A stretch of 54,061 bases of DNA from Armatimonadota bacterium. GTDB lineage: Bacteria; Armatimonadota; SYMT01. This document shows, one piece after another, positions 9,343 to 19,007 of this stretch (its first letter is position 1; each line of letters opens with the position of its first letter). A model generated the notes under the pieces. It worked only from the letters and a program-made list of their open reading frames with translations. It was not told where the DNA came from and ran no database searches. The stretch spans positions 1 through 54,061 of the forward strand of contig JBKBRF010000046.1 in assembly GCA_046292385.1 (NCBI GenBank). Direction: 5' to 3'. A program made the position numbers and the translations under genes.

Positions 9343-11235
9343 ATGAGCATCCTCGTCGATACCTCTTCCAGCCCGCACGCGCGTCTGCGGGGAGTGCCGC
9401 TCGCGAACGTGCGGCTGACCGATTCGTTCTGGGAGCCGCGGCGGCGGCGCAACCAGGAGGTGACGCTCCCCTCGCAGTACCACCGGTGCGAGGAGACGGG
9501 GCGGATCGATAACTTCCGGCGCGCCGCGGGGAAGAAGGGCGGGGAGTTCCAGGGCCGGTACTACAACGACTCGGACGTCTACAAGTGGGTCGAGGCGGTC
9601 GCCTACGCCCTCGCCGCCGGGCCGGACCCGGAGCTGGAGCGGAGGGTCGATCTCGTCATCGGGGAAATGGCGGACGCCCAGGAGCCGGACGGTTACCTGA
9701 ACACCCACTTCACCCACGAGAAGCACGACCTCCGCTGGACCAACCTGCGCGACTGGCACGAGCTTTACTGCGCCGGGCACCTGATCCAGGCGGCGATCGC
9801 GCACCACCGCTGCACCGGCAAGACGACGCTGCTCCAGGTGGCGCGGCGCTTCGCCGATTACATCTGCGACGTCTTCGGACCGGAGGGGCGCAACGGCACC
9901 TGCGGCCACCAGGAGATCGAGATGGCGCTGGTGGAGCTCTACCGCCATTCCGGCGAGCCGAAGTACCTCGTGCAGGCGCAGCTCTTCATCGACCGCCGCG
10001 GGCAGAACCCGCCGGTCATCGGCGGCCGGGACTACCACCAGGACCATGCCCCGTTCCGCACGCTCGACGCGGTGACCGGCCACGCCGTGCGGATGGTCTA
10101 CTACTGCGCGGGCGCGGCGGACGTGCTGGCGGAAACGGGCGATGGGGAGTACCAGGTCGCGCTGGAGCGGCTCTGGCACAACATGGTCCACCGGCGGATG
10201 TACGTCACCGGCGGCATCGGCTCCCGCTACGAGGGGGAGGCGTTCGGCGAAGACTTCGAGCTGCCGAACGACCGCGCCTACGCGGAGTCGTGCGCCGCCA
10301 TCGGCAGCTTCATGTGGAACTGGCGGATGCTGCTCCTCACCGGCGAGGCGCGCTTTGCCGACCTGATGGAGAACGCCCTCTACAACGGGATGCTCCCGGG
10401 CCTCTCGCTGGACGGCGAGCTCTACTTCTACCAGAACCCGCTGGCGGACACCGGCAGCCACCGGCGCCAGCCCTGGTTCGAGTGCGCCTGCTGCCCGCCG
10501 AACATCGCGCGGCTGCTGGCGTCGCTGCCTGGCTACTTCTACGCCACCTCGCCGCAGGGCGTGTGGGTGCACCAGTACGCGGACGGCGACGCGCGCCTGG
10601 AGCTGGACGGCGGCTCCGTGAGCCTGCGCCAGCAGACCCGCTATCCGTGGGACGGCGAGGTTCGGATCACGCTGACCGGGTTGAGCGCCACCGGCGACTT
10701 CACCCTCCACGTCCGCATCCCCGGCTGGTGCGGGGAAGCCTCCGCGCAGGTGAATGACGAGCGGGTGGAGGGTCCCGCGCGGCCCGGCACGTACCTCAAG
10801 CTGCGGCGTCCGGACGGTCAGCCGTGGCAGTCGGGCGACGTGGTGACCCTGTCCCTGCCGATGTCCCCCACCCGGCTGGAAAGCCACCCGTACGTCGCGA
10901 ACAATACCGGACGCGTAGCGCTGCGCCGGGGCCCGCTCGTCTACTGCGCGGAGCAGGCGGACCTCGGGGTCGATCCCCGCGACGTGGTGCTGCCGGCCGA
11001 GGCGGAGCTGGCGCCGGAGTGGCGTCCCGAGCTGCTCGGCGGCGTGGTGGTGCTCCGCGGCGAAGCGGTCGCTCGCGAGCAGGGCGCCGCCTGGGGCGGC
11101 GAGCTCTACCGCAGTGAAGCCCCCGCCGCGCCCGCGGAGCGCCCGATCCCGTTTACGGCGATCCCCTACTACGCCTGGGCCAACCGCGAGCCCGGCGGCA
11201 TGGCGGTCTGGATCCGGGGCTTCGCCAGGGTATAG
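9343..11235 (+). CDS. GH127 beta-L-arabinofuranosidase family protein
   Basis: DSDVYKW, HELYCAGH, GHAVR, YAESCAAIG, CACCPPN motifs. Confidence 0.93.
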   Translation: MSILVDTSSSPHARLRGVPLANVRLTDSFWEPRRRRNQEVTLPSQYHRCEETGRIDNFRRAAGKKGGEFQGRYYNDSDVYKWVEAVAYALAAGPDPELERRVDLVIGEMADAQEPDGYLNTHFTHEKHDLRWTNLRDWHELYCAGHLIQAAIAHHRCTGKTTLLQVARRFADYICDVFGPEGRNGTCGHQEIEMALVELYRHSGEPKYLVQAQLFIDRRGQNPPVIGGRDYHQDHAPFRTLDAVTGHAVRMVYYCAGAADVLAETGDGEYQVALERLWHNMVHRRMYVTGGIGSRYEGEAFGEDFELPNDRAYAESCAAIGSFMWNWRMLLLTGEARFADLMENALYNGMLPGLSLDGELYFYQNPLADTGSHRRQPWFECACCPPNIARLLASLPGYFYATSPQGVWVHQYADGDARLELDGGSVSLRQQTRYPWDGEVRITLTGLSATGDFTLHVRIPGWCGEASAQVNDERVEGPARPGTYLKLRRPDGQPWQSGDVVTLSLPMSPTRLESHPYVANNTGRVALRRGPLVYCAEQADLGVDPRDVVLPAEAELAPEWRPELLGGVVVLRGEAVAREQGAAWGGELYRSEAPAAPAERPIPFTAIPYYAWANREPGGMAVWIRGFARV

Positions 11236-11260
11236 GGTTCAGGGGCCAGGGTGTAGGTCT
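11226..11260 (+). repeat. Heptamer array (YAGGGNN x4-5) overlapping the GH127 stop codon
   Basis: cagggta tagggtt caggggc cagggtg taggtct; no clear complementary array. Confidence 0.7.
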
Positions 11261-11445
11261 CGCGGGGGCTGCTGCGCCTTCCGCCGGAGGGGAGCTCCTG
11301 CTCCTGCTCGCTGGCGACCCCCATTACTCCGGCACGTCTGCGTGAGCTGGAGCAACGACGCGCTCTACAAGACCTCCGCGGGTTGCCGCCCGCGCGGGCT
11401 GCGCCCTACAATCAGGGAAGCAAGCGGCGTCCGGAGGAGTGAGAC

Positions 11446-12309
11446 GTGAAGATCGCGGTGCTCGGGGCATCCGGGATGCTGGGGCGGGACCTCTGCCAGG
11501 TGCTGGCGGAGCGCCACTACGTGGTGCCGCTCTCCCGCGCCGAGGCGGACGTCACCGACCTCCGCCACCTCGTCGGCGTGCTGGAGCCGCGCCGGCCGGA
11601 GCTGATCATCAACTGCGCCGCCGCCACGCACGTCGACCGCTGCGAATCCGAGCCGGACTGGGCCTACCGGATCAACGCCTGGGGCGCCTGGAGCGCCGCC
11701 TCCGCCGCGCAGGAACTGGGGGCGCGTCTGATCCACCTCAGCACCGACTTCGTCTTCCCCGGCGACACCGAGCGCCCTTACACCGAATGGGACCCGGTCC
11801 GGCCGCTCAGCGTCTACGGTGCCTCCAAGCGCGCAGGCGAGGAAGCGGTCTTCCGCGCCTGCAGCCGCGCGACGATCGTGCGGACGCAGTGGCTCTTCGG
11901 ACGACACGGAAAGAGCTTTCCCCGGGCGATTCTGGAGGCGGCGCGGCGCTCGCCGGAGCAGGGGCTGCGGGTCGTGTCGGACCAGTGGGGCGCGCCTACT
12001 TACACGCGCCACCTGGCACGGAAGCTGGCGTGGCTGGCGGAGTGGAGGGTCGACGGTCTCTACCACGTGAACAACGCGGGAGAGTGCTCCCGAGAGGAGT
12101 GGGCGCGGGAGACCCTGCGGCTGGCGGGACTGTCTGAGGTGCTGGTATCGCGGATCCGCACCGCGGACTGGCCCGCTCCCGCCCCGCGCCCGGCCCGCAG
12201 CACGCTGCGGCGGTACGCGCTGGAGCTGATGGGCCAGGACGACCTGCCTCCGTGGCAGGAAGGGGTCGCTGCTTTTGTGCGGGAACTCCGGGACGCCGGG
12301 GAGCTATAG
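11446..12309 (+). CDS. rfbD: dTDP-4-dehydrorhamnose reductase
   Basis: GASGMLG, HLSTDFVF, YGASK, VVSDQWGAPT. Confidence 0.93.
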   Translation: MKIAVLGASGMLGRDLCQVLAERHYVVPLSRAEADVTDLRHLVGVLEPRRPELIINCAAATHVDRCESEPDWAYRINAWGAWSAASAAQELGARLIHLSTDFVFPGDTERPYTEWDPVRPLSVYGASKRAGEEAVFRACSRATIVRTQWLFGRHGKSFPRAILEAARRSPEQGLRVVSDQWGAPTYTRHLARKLAWLAEWRVDGLYHVNNAGECSREEWARETLRLAGLSEVLVSRIRTADWPAPAPRPARSTLRRYALELMGQDDLPPWQEGVAAFVRELRDAGEL

Positions 12310-12380
12310 AACTGGTGGAGCGCGCGCCGCAGGCACGGAAGGAAGAGCCGTCCCCGGAGCGATGCTCGGATCACGAATGC

Positions 12381-13280
12381 ATGGCTGAGATTGCGGTAGA
12401 GCGCCCGTCCGTCTGGTCCGCCCTGTTCCGCGCCCTGCGCCCGCGCCAGTGGGTGAAGAACGGCGTGCTCCTGGCGGGCATCCTGTTCACGCTCGACCAG
12501 CCGCATGGTCTGGCGGACTGGCTCCGCGTGCTGGCCGCCGTGCTCGTCTTCTGCGCCCTCGCCAGCTCCATCTACCTGGTCAACGACCTCTACGACCGGG
12601 AGCAGGACCAGCTCCACCCCACCAAGCGCCTCCGGCCCCTTGCTTCCGGCCAGATCACGCCGGGGCTCGCGCGGATCGCCGCCGTCGTCCTGGTCGTCGC
12701 CGGGATGGCGGGAGCCGTGCTCCTCGGCCCCGGGTTCAGCCTCTGCGCCGCCGCCTACCTCGCGCTCACTGTCGCCTACTCGGTGCGGCTCAAGCACGTC
12801 GTCCTGGTCGACGTCCTCGCGCTGGCGGGCTGCTACGTGATCCGCGCGGTCGCCGGCGCGGCGGTGATCTCCGTCGAGATCAGCCCCTGGCTCCTCGTCT
12901 GCACCACGCTCGGCGCGCTGCTGATCGGGCTCTCCAAGCGCCGGAACGAGCTCGCCACGCTGGAAGACGCCGGCAGCCACCGCCGCGCGCTGGAAGAATA
13001 CTCCGTGCCGATGCTCGACCAGATGATCGGCGTGGTGACCGGCAGCACGCTGGTCGCCTACATGCTCTACACCATCTCCTCCGAGACGGCGAAGGCGCAC
13101 CCGGGCATGATGCTCACCATCCCGTTCGTGATCTACGGGGTGCTGCGCTTCTTCTACCTGGTCCACCGCCACGGCAAGGGCGGCGACCCCTCCCGGGAGT
13201 TCGTGGAAGACCGGAACCTGCTGGTCTGCGGCATCCTGTGGGCGATCACCTGCGCGGGAGTGATGCTGGCCGGCCGTTAA
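12381..13280 (+). CDS. UbiA-family decaprenyl-phosphate phosphoribosyltransferase-like protein
   Basis: RPRQWVKN, YLVNDLYDREQDQLHPTKRLRPLASG, KRRNEL; multiple TMs; start uncertain. Confidence 0.88.
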   Translation: MAEIAVERPSVWSALFRALRPRQWVKNGVLLAGILFTLDQPHGLADWLRVLAAVLVFCALASSIYLVNDLYDREQDQLHPTKRLRPLASGQITPGLARIAAVVLVVAGMAGAVLLGPGFSLCAAAYLALTVAYSVRLKHVVLVDVLALAGCYVIRAVAGAAVISVEISPWLLVCTTLGALLIGLSKRRNELATLEDAGSHRRALEEYSVPMLDQMIGVVTGSTLVAYMLYTISSETAKAHPGMMLTIPFVIYGVLRFFYLVHRHGKGGDPSREFVEDRNLLVCGILWAITCAGVMLAGR

Positions 13281-13288
13281 TGTCCATT

Positions 13289-13941
13289 GCGGAGGGTGCT
13301 GCATTCCTGCGGGATTGCACCGTTGGAACCGTGGCCCGACCCTGAGCCCTAGTCAACCGCTTCAGCCCTCCCGCGGCGAGGGCCCTCCGCGGCCCTTTCA
13401 CGCTCCGGCTTCGCCTCCGCTAGCAGGCCGCTCCGGGAGTGCGCTGCGTTTAGCTCTTCCCGCGCCACCGCGCTGCGCCGCCACAGAGGCGGGGTTCACG
13501 GGCTGAATCGGCCGCCGTCGAGCTACCACCCCTGGCATCCAGGGGTGGTCACAAGTGCCGTCCTCCGGCCCAGCCTTTCGGCTGTGCCTCCGGACGCCAA
13601 AGGTCTTCCATGCGGGAACGCGTTTGGAACTCCTCGACGCTGCCCAACGCGAGGAGCCCGGAGGGTGGGCCGTAGGCGCAACCGCAGGGATCCACCTGTG
13701 GCCACCCCCGGGTGCCCGCTCGCGGGCGGAAGGGGTGGCTGCTTGAGCCAGGGAGAGCGGCCCGTGAGTCGCCGTTCTGGCGCAGCCGCAGCCCTCGGAC
13801 GCGGAACACAAGTGGTCGGAGCGCACGCCCGTAGCGCCCGCTAGCGGAGCCGGAGGCGGAGCGTGAAGGGCCGCGGAGGGCCATGCACGCGGGAGGGCCG
13901 CTCTCCCTGGTGAGGGCACGGGGTGAGCCCTCGTCGAGATG
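13289..13941. repeat. ~650-bp structured dispersed repeat, copy B (inverted relative to copy A)
   Basis: Reverse complement aligns with 7376-8025; identical block 13703-13749. Confidence 0.9.
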
Positions 13942-14078
13942 GCTGTCGTTTTGATCGAGAAACCCTTCGTACGGAGCCCTTCCGTCCCCGCTAGACACAT
14001 CGCTAGGAAGGAATCCGGGCAACCGGAAGCCTAACACCCCACGGGGCCGGCGCTCGACCCGGCGGCCCCCTACTCACC

Positions 14079-14873
14079 ATGCATCAAGCTGACATCGGCA
14101 TCTTTGGCGGCTCCGGCTTCTACTCGTTCCTGCCGGACGTGGAGACGATCCGCGTCCACACCCCCTACGGCCCACCGAGCGACCGCATCGCCCTGGCGAC
14201 CGTCGGCGGCAAGCGGGTCGCGTTCCTGCCGCGGCACGGGCGGGACCACTCCGTCCCCGCGCACGCGGTCAACTTTCGCGCCAACATCTGGGCGCTGAAG
14301 GAGCTGGGTGTCAAGGAGATCCTCGCCCCTTGCTCCTGCGGCAGCCTGCAGACTCACATCCACCCGGGCGACTTCGTGATCCTGGACCAGTTCATCGACC
14401 GCACGAAAGGCCGGAAGGACACCTTCTTCGACGGTCCGGAGACGCACCACATCGGCGCCGCGGAGCCGTACTGCAGCCGATTGCGCAGCCTCACCATCGA
14501 CCAGTGCCGCGGCCTGGGGATCCCGTTCCACGAGACCGGAACGATGGTCACCATCCAGGGACCCCGCTTCTCCACGCGGGCGGAGAGCGCCTGGTTCACC
14601 CGGGAAGGCTGGGACGTGGTCGGCATGACGCAGTATCCGGAGGCGATCCTCGCACGCGAGCTCGGAATCTGCTATACGGGAGTCGCGCTGGTGACCGACT
14701 ACGACACCGGCATCGCGCAGGGCCGGGAGCCGGTGTCGATCGAGGAAGTCTTCCGCGTCTTCACCGAGAACGTGGGCAAGGTGCGGGACCTGATCGAGGC
14801 GATGGTGCCGCTGCTCGGCGACGAGCGCCCCTGCGAGTGCGAAGAGGAAGCCCGGCGGGCCAGGGTGGGATGA
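14079..14873 (+). CDS. mtnP: S-methyl-5'-thioadenosine phosphorylase
   Basis: GIFGGSG, TPYGPPS, FLPRHG, GPRFSTRAES, GMTQYPEA, VTDYD. Confidence 0.93.
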   Translation: MHQADIGIFGGSGFYSFLPDVETIRVHTPYGPPSDRIALATVGGKRVAFLPRHGRDHSVPAHAVNFRANIWALKELGVKEILAPCSCGSLQTHIHPGDFVILDQFIDRTKGRKDTFFDGPETHHIGAAEPYCSRLRSLTIDQCRGLGIPFHETGTMVTIQGPRFSTRAESAWFTREGWDVVGMTQYPEAILARELGICYTGVALVTDYDTGIAQGREPVSIEEVFRVFTENVGKVRDLIEAMVPLLGDERPCECEEEARRARVG

Positions 14874-14883
14874 TAGAGGTAGG

Positions 14884-15936
14884 ATGACGGCACCGAAGGA
14901 TACTTACACGATCTGGTGGGATGACGGCGTGGTGCGGATGATCGATCAGCGCATCCTGCCGGAGCGGTTCGAGATCCTGGCGCTCACAAACTACCAGGAA
15001 GTAGCGGATGCGATCCGCACCATGGCGGTGCGCGGCGCCCCGGCGATCGGCTGCTCCGCCGCGCTGGGGCTGGCCCTGGCGGCGCGGGAGGCGCTGCAGG
15101 GCCCGGCCGAGGAGTTCTTTCCCCGCCTGCGAGAGGCCGCGGAGGTGCTCCGCGGCACGCGCCCTACGGCCGTGAATCTCTTCTGGGCAATCGACCGCGT
15201 CATGCGCGTGGCCGAGGCTCACGTGGGCGACCCGGCGGGCGCCGCGGAGGCGGTCCTGGCGGAAGCGCAGCGGATGCTGGACGAGGACGTGCGCGCCAAC
15301 CGCGCGATGGGAGCCTACGGTGCCGAGCTGCTGCCGGAGGGCGCTAACGTGCTCACCCACTGCAACACCGGCAGCCTGGCGACCGTCTACTACGGCACCG
15401 CCCTGGGCGTCGTCCGCGCCGCGGTGGAGCAGGGCAAGAACCTGCACGTGTGGGTCGACGAGACGCGTCCCCGGCTGCAGGGGCTGAAGCTGACCGCCTG
15501 GGAGTGCCGCGAGCTCGGCATCCCCCACACGGCGATCAGCGACAACATGGCCGGCTGGGTAATGCGCCAGGGCCGCGTGAGCGCCGCCATCGTGGGGGCG
15601 GACCGCATCGCCGGGAACGGGGACACTGCCAACAAGATCGGCACCTACTCCGTCGCCGTGCTCGCCCGCGCGCATGGGGTGCCGTTCTACGTCGCCGCGC
15701 CGCTTTCGACCGTCGACTTCGACCTCGCCACCGGCGACCAGATCCCGATCGAAGAGCGCGCCGAGACCGAGGTTACGCACGCCGGTCCGGTGCGGCTGGC
15801 GCCGGAAGGGGTGCGCGTCTATAACCCCGCCTTTGACGTGACCCCCGCCGAGTACATCACCGCCATCATCACCGACCGCGGGGTCGCCTATCCCCCCTTC
15901 GCGGAGAGCCTGGCCCGCCTGCGCGACCTGTCCTGA
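14884..15936 (+). CDS. mtnA: S-methyl-5-thioribose-1-phosphate isomerase
   Basis: MAVRGAPAIG, RPTAVNL, LTHCNTGSLAT, ETRPRLQG, ANKIGTY, NPAFDVTP. Confidence 0.96.
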   Translation: MTAPKDTYTIWWDDGVVRMIDQRILPERFEILALTNYQEVADAIRTMAVRGAPAIGCSAALGLALAAREALQGPAEEFFPRLREAAEVLRGTRPTAVNLFWAIDRVMRVAEAHVGDPAGAAEAVLAEAQRMLDEDVRANRAMGAYGAELLPEGANVLTHCNTGSLATVYYGTALGVVRAAVEQGKNLHVWVDETRPRLQGLKLTAWECRELGIPHTAISDNMAGWVMRQGRVSAAIVGADRIAGNGDTANKIGTYSVAVLARAHGVPFYVAAPLSTVDFDLATGDQIPIEERAETEVTHAGPVRLAPEGVRVYNPAFDVTPAEYITAIITDRGVAYPPFAESLARLRDLS

Positions 15937-15951
15937 CCCGGAGAACCACCC

Positions 15952-16470
15952 ATGGCACTGCTCGCGAAGAGCCTGATCCGCGATATCCCGGACTTCCCGA
16001 AAGCCGGCATCATCTTCAAAGACATCACTCCGGTCATCCAGGATGCCGCCGCCTTCCGCGAGGTGATCGACCGGATGCTCGACTACGCCCGCGACAAGAA
16101 GGTCGATGCAGTGGTCGGCATCGAGTCGCGCGGCTTCGTCTTCGGCGCGCCGCTGGCGCTGGCGCTGAACGCCTCGTTCGTGGTAGTCCGCAAGCTGGGC
16201 AAGCTGCCGGGAGAGACGCTGCGGCAGGAGTACGCGCTGGAATACGGCACCAACACCGTCGAGATCCACAAAGACGCCCTGGAGCCGGGCGCCCGGGTGC
16301 TGATCGTCGACGACCTGCTCGCCACCGGCGGCACCTCCGCGGCGGCAGCGCAGTTGGTGGAGCGGCTCGGCGGCGAAGTGGCGGGGCTGGTCTACCTCGT
16401 GGAGCTCGGCTTCCTCAACGGCCGCTCGCTGCTGGAAGGCTACGATATCTGCAGCCTGATCGAGTACTGA
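15952..16470 (+). CDS. apt: Adenine phosphoribosyltransferase
   Basis: IPDFPKAGIIFKDIT, ESRGF, YALEYG, VDDLLATGGT. Confidence 0.97.
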   Translation: MALLAKSLIRDIPDFPKAGIIFKDITPVIQDAAAFREVIDRMLDYARDKKVDAVVGIESRGFVFGAPLALALNASFVVVRKLGKLPGETLRQEYALEYGTNTVEIHKDALEPGARVLIVDDLLATGGTSAAAAQLVERLGGEVAGLVYLVELGFLNGRSLLEGYDICSLIEY

Positions 16471-16716
16471 TGTAATTCACCACTAGAGTCCCGGTAACCG
16501 CAAAGGCCGTACGCCCCTGACACGCGTGTGAAGAAGTGCGTTGTCGAACTACTGTGAGAGAAACCCTCTTGTGCCGACTGAGAGCGTCAGCGCGAGTACC
16601 TCTTCGTCACTCTTTGAATTCCTCGCGGGAAACAAGCGTGCGCATGGCAGCTTGCGTGAACGGGCGAAACAAGATTGGCACCTGAGTCGCACTAATCAGA
16701 AGGATTACTACCTGCC

Positions 16717-18480
16717 GTGGCTATCACTCATCTGAGTATCCGCAACTTCCGATCAATTCTCTCCCTCTCAGAAGGCACCCGTGACCTTAACATCTTTGTG
16801 GGGCAGAATGACGAGGGTAAATCGAATATACTTCGAGCTCTCGACCTCTTCTTCAACCATGATCAACCGAACGGATATCAACTCGAGTGGACTAGGGATT
16901 ACTGCTCATTCGCTACGCCTCGGGCCAAGAGAGCCCCGGAAATCACAATTCAATTGGAGGTCACTCCGCCTCCGTCCTTCAGCACCCGTACACCTGTAAT
17001 CTGGACCAAGACCTGGCGGCGCGACGGGTTATACCACGAGGATATGACATACGCGGAATCGTCTGAGATCGGGGCACGCTCTAAGATAAGGACGTTTCTC
17101 AAGTCTATGAGATACGATTACGTCCCCGCGATCAAAGGGAAGGAGTACTTTCAAGGTCTGATGGGCAGCCTTCATGACATGCTTGAAGCGACCGTAGAAG
17201 AACAGATTCGTGCAGCATCGGGCTCTTTCACTGCGACCATTAATCACACAACGCAGCCGATCCTGGACTCAATCCGCGAGAATCTGAGCCTCGATACAAC
17301 TATTCAGCTTCCCAGTAATTTGCGTGATCTGTTCGCGCAACTAGAGTTTACTTCCATCTCTTCAAATAAAGCCTTCTCGCTTGATCAGCGTGGAGATGGA
17401 ATCAAGGTGCGACACATACCAATCGTGCTGAGATGGCTCGCACAACAGGCTAATCATCTCTCAGCACAAGGTCGCCCCAGGACTGTTACGGTGTGGGGAT
17501 ACGAGGAGCCGGAGAACAATCTGGAACTAATGCGCTGCTTGCAACTCGCAAAGGAATTCGTAGAGGGCTCTTCTGAAATCCAGGCGTTCGTCACGACTCA
17601 CTCCCCCGCATTCTACTCGGTTTTCCGAGACAGCGATCAGGAAAAGGTCTCCGTTTTCTTAGTTGAGAAGGACGATTCTTCACAGACGAGTCTGGTTCGC
17701 GCACTCAGCACTTCTGATGATCTAGCTTCCCTAGATACCTCAATGGGCTTGCTATCCCTTCTGGAGCCGCATTTCAAGCAGGTAAGACAGGAACTCGCGA
17801 GCGTTCAGTCGGCGATGAGTCGGCTTACCGATACGTCAGTTCCCACGATCTTTGTGGAAGGTCCTACTGACAAGACCGTTTTCGAAGAAACAATACGTCT
17901 GTGGTTTCCGGAGTTCGTCGGAGAAGTCCGCGTACTCTGTGCAACTCACCATGGCGGTGGTCATAACTGGGTGGCAGATATGCTGATTGCTTGGTCTTTC
18001 AATCGGCCTCTAGCCAAAGCAGTAGGAGTCTTTGATAAGGATGAGGGTGCTCAGAAAAGCCGTCGCACTATTTCTGGTAAGGTAAAGTGCAACACTATGG
18101 TAAAGGTGGCGGAGCTGATACCCGGGCCAGATCTGATCGAGTGTTATAATAAAAATATCAGAATCCCATTTGCGATTGAGGAATTATACTCTCGTGAGGT
18201 CTGGGATCACGCTGAGAAGAATAGTTGGCTTGATGTTCGTTCGAACCCGATTGCACTCTATAACTTTGATCGAACTGACGTCACCTTTGACGACTATATA
18301 CGCTCCGTCTTCGAGGACGCTCACCTACTGCGACTCGCGCTTTCGCGAGTTCGTCCGGATCGCAAGCAAGCCCTCACGAAATACGTTTGTGGTACACTCG
18401 ACGAGAGTTCTCGACGCAGAGCATTGGAATCATTCCGGCCAACGATCGCCGCAAGTCTGAAGCAGTTGGGTCTCGGGTAG
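16717..18480 (+). CDS. OLD-family ABC-type ATPase fused to TOPRIM nuclease domain
   Basis: IRNFRSI, Walker A GQNDEGKS, Walker B/D-loop EEPENNL, TTHSP; TOPRIM VEGPTD and DKD; much lower GC than the flanks. Confidence 0.85.
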   Translation: MAITHLSIRNFRSILSLSEGTRDLNIFVGQNDEGKSNILRALDLFFNHDQPNGYQLEWTRDYCSFATPRAKRAPEITIQLEVTPPPSFSTRTPVIWTKTWRRDGLYHEDMTYAESSEIGARSKIRTFLKSMRYDYVPAIKGKEYFQGLMGSLHDMLEATVEEQIRAASGSFTATINHTTQPILDSIRENLSLDTTIQLPSNLRDLFAQLEFTSISSNKAFSLDQRGDGIKVRHIPIVLRWLAQQANHLSAQGRPRTVTVWGYEEPENNLELMRCLQLAKEFVEGSSEIQAFVTTHSPAFYSVFRDSDQEKVSVFLVEKDDSSQTSLVRALSTSDDLASLDTSMGLLSLLEPHFKQVRQELASVQSAMSRLTDTSVPTIFVEGPTDKTVFEETIRLWFPEFVGEVRVLCATHHGGGHNWVADMLIAWSFNRPLAKAVGVFDKDEGAQKSRRTISGKVKCNTMVKVAELIPGPDLIECYNKNIRIPFAIEELYSREVWDHAEKNSWLDVRSNPIALYNFDRTDVTFDDYIRSVFEDAHLLRLALSRVRPDRKQALTKYVCGTLDESSRRRALESFRPTIAASLKQLGLG

Positions 18481-18936
18481 AATGCTGGACCCAATCTGTC
18501 GCCGGCTCACGAAGGCGGAAACGAAGTTTGCCGTAGACGTGGCGTTTACTCAGGCGTAACGGCTGGCGGCTTCCGTGCTCCACTAGGGGGTGCGCGGTAG
18601 GTTAATGCACCCTTTTCGCAGGAGCGGAGCCAGCGCCGACGATGCGCTGTCGGCCGTGCCGTCGTGGGCCCCGATCAGAGGATGCCGTGGGCGAAGGTAC
18701 CATTTTCCGCCGCGCACCCCTTAATAACACGGCAGCCTTCCCTTCTCCCAGGTTACTAAAGGGGTTCCGACGAGTAACTGAGCGTTTCCAGCGGCGTGGA
18801 AGGCGCGGAGAAACTGCTCAGTTAGTCCAGGAGACCCCTGAGTTCCACTTCTATTGGTATCGGTGGCTTAAGTCGCGGCCATCGATGTAGTCGATTGGGC
18901 CCAACGCCTCGCCCGCAGTCTGCAGGTCACCACCAT

Positions 18937-18981
18937 GCAAAGAGGGGGGCGGCGCTGATTGGCTGCCGTCCCCCTCTTTGC
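18937..18981. terminator. Probable bidirectional intrinsic terminator between convergent rplA and the OLD gene
   Basis: gcaaagaggggggcggc / gccgtccccctctttgc, 17-bp stem with one G-T, short T runs on both strands. Confidence 0.65.
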
Positions 18982-19007
18982 TCTTTGCTTCCGGTGGCTC
19001 GGAACCG

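Noticed and set aside
8025..13289. Composite transposon or invertible segment bounded by the two inverted copies
   Set aside because: Cargo is housekeeping-like, the copies are substantially diverged, and no recombinase or target duplication was seen; independent insertions are simpler
13745..13783. Group II intron domain V-like hairpin (GAGCCAGG...TTCTGGC) in repeat copy B
   Set aside because: The lower stem is not preserved in copy A, and no GUGYG start or domain VI was recognised
13955..14030. Possible SAM-I riboswitch upstream of mtnP (ATCGAGA...GGCAACC)
   Set aside because: Lacks the GAGGGA kink-turn, GGUGC and closing GAU elements; spacing is wrong
16471..16716. Retron msr-msd upstream of the ATPase-TOPRIM gene
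   Set aside because: No reverse transcriptase in the window and no clear a1/a2 inverted repeats
18772..18827. attC-like site (TAAC...GTTAG)
   Set aside because: No unpaired spacer between R and L boxes, poor RYYYAAC match, no integrase or cassette array
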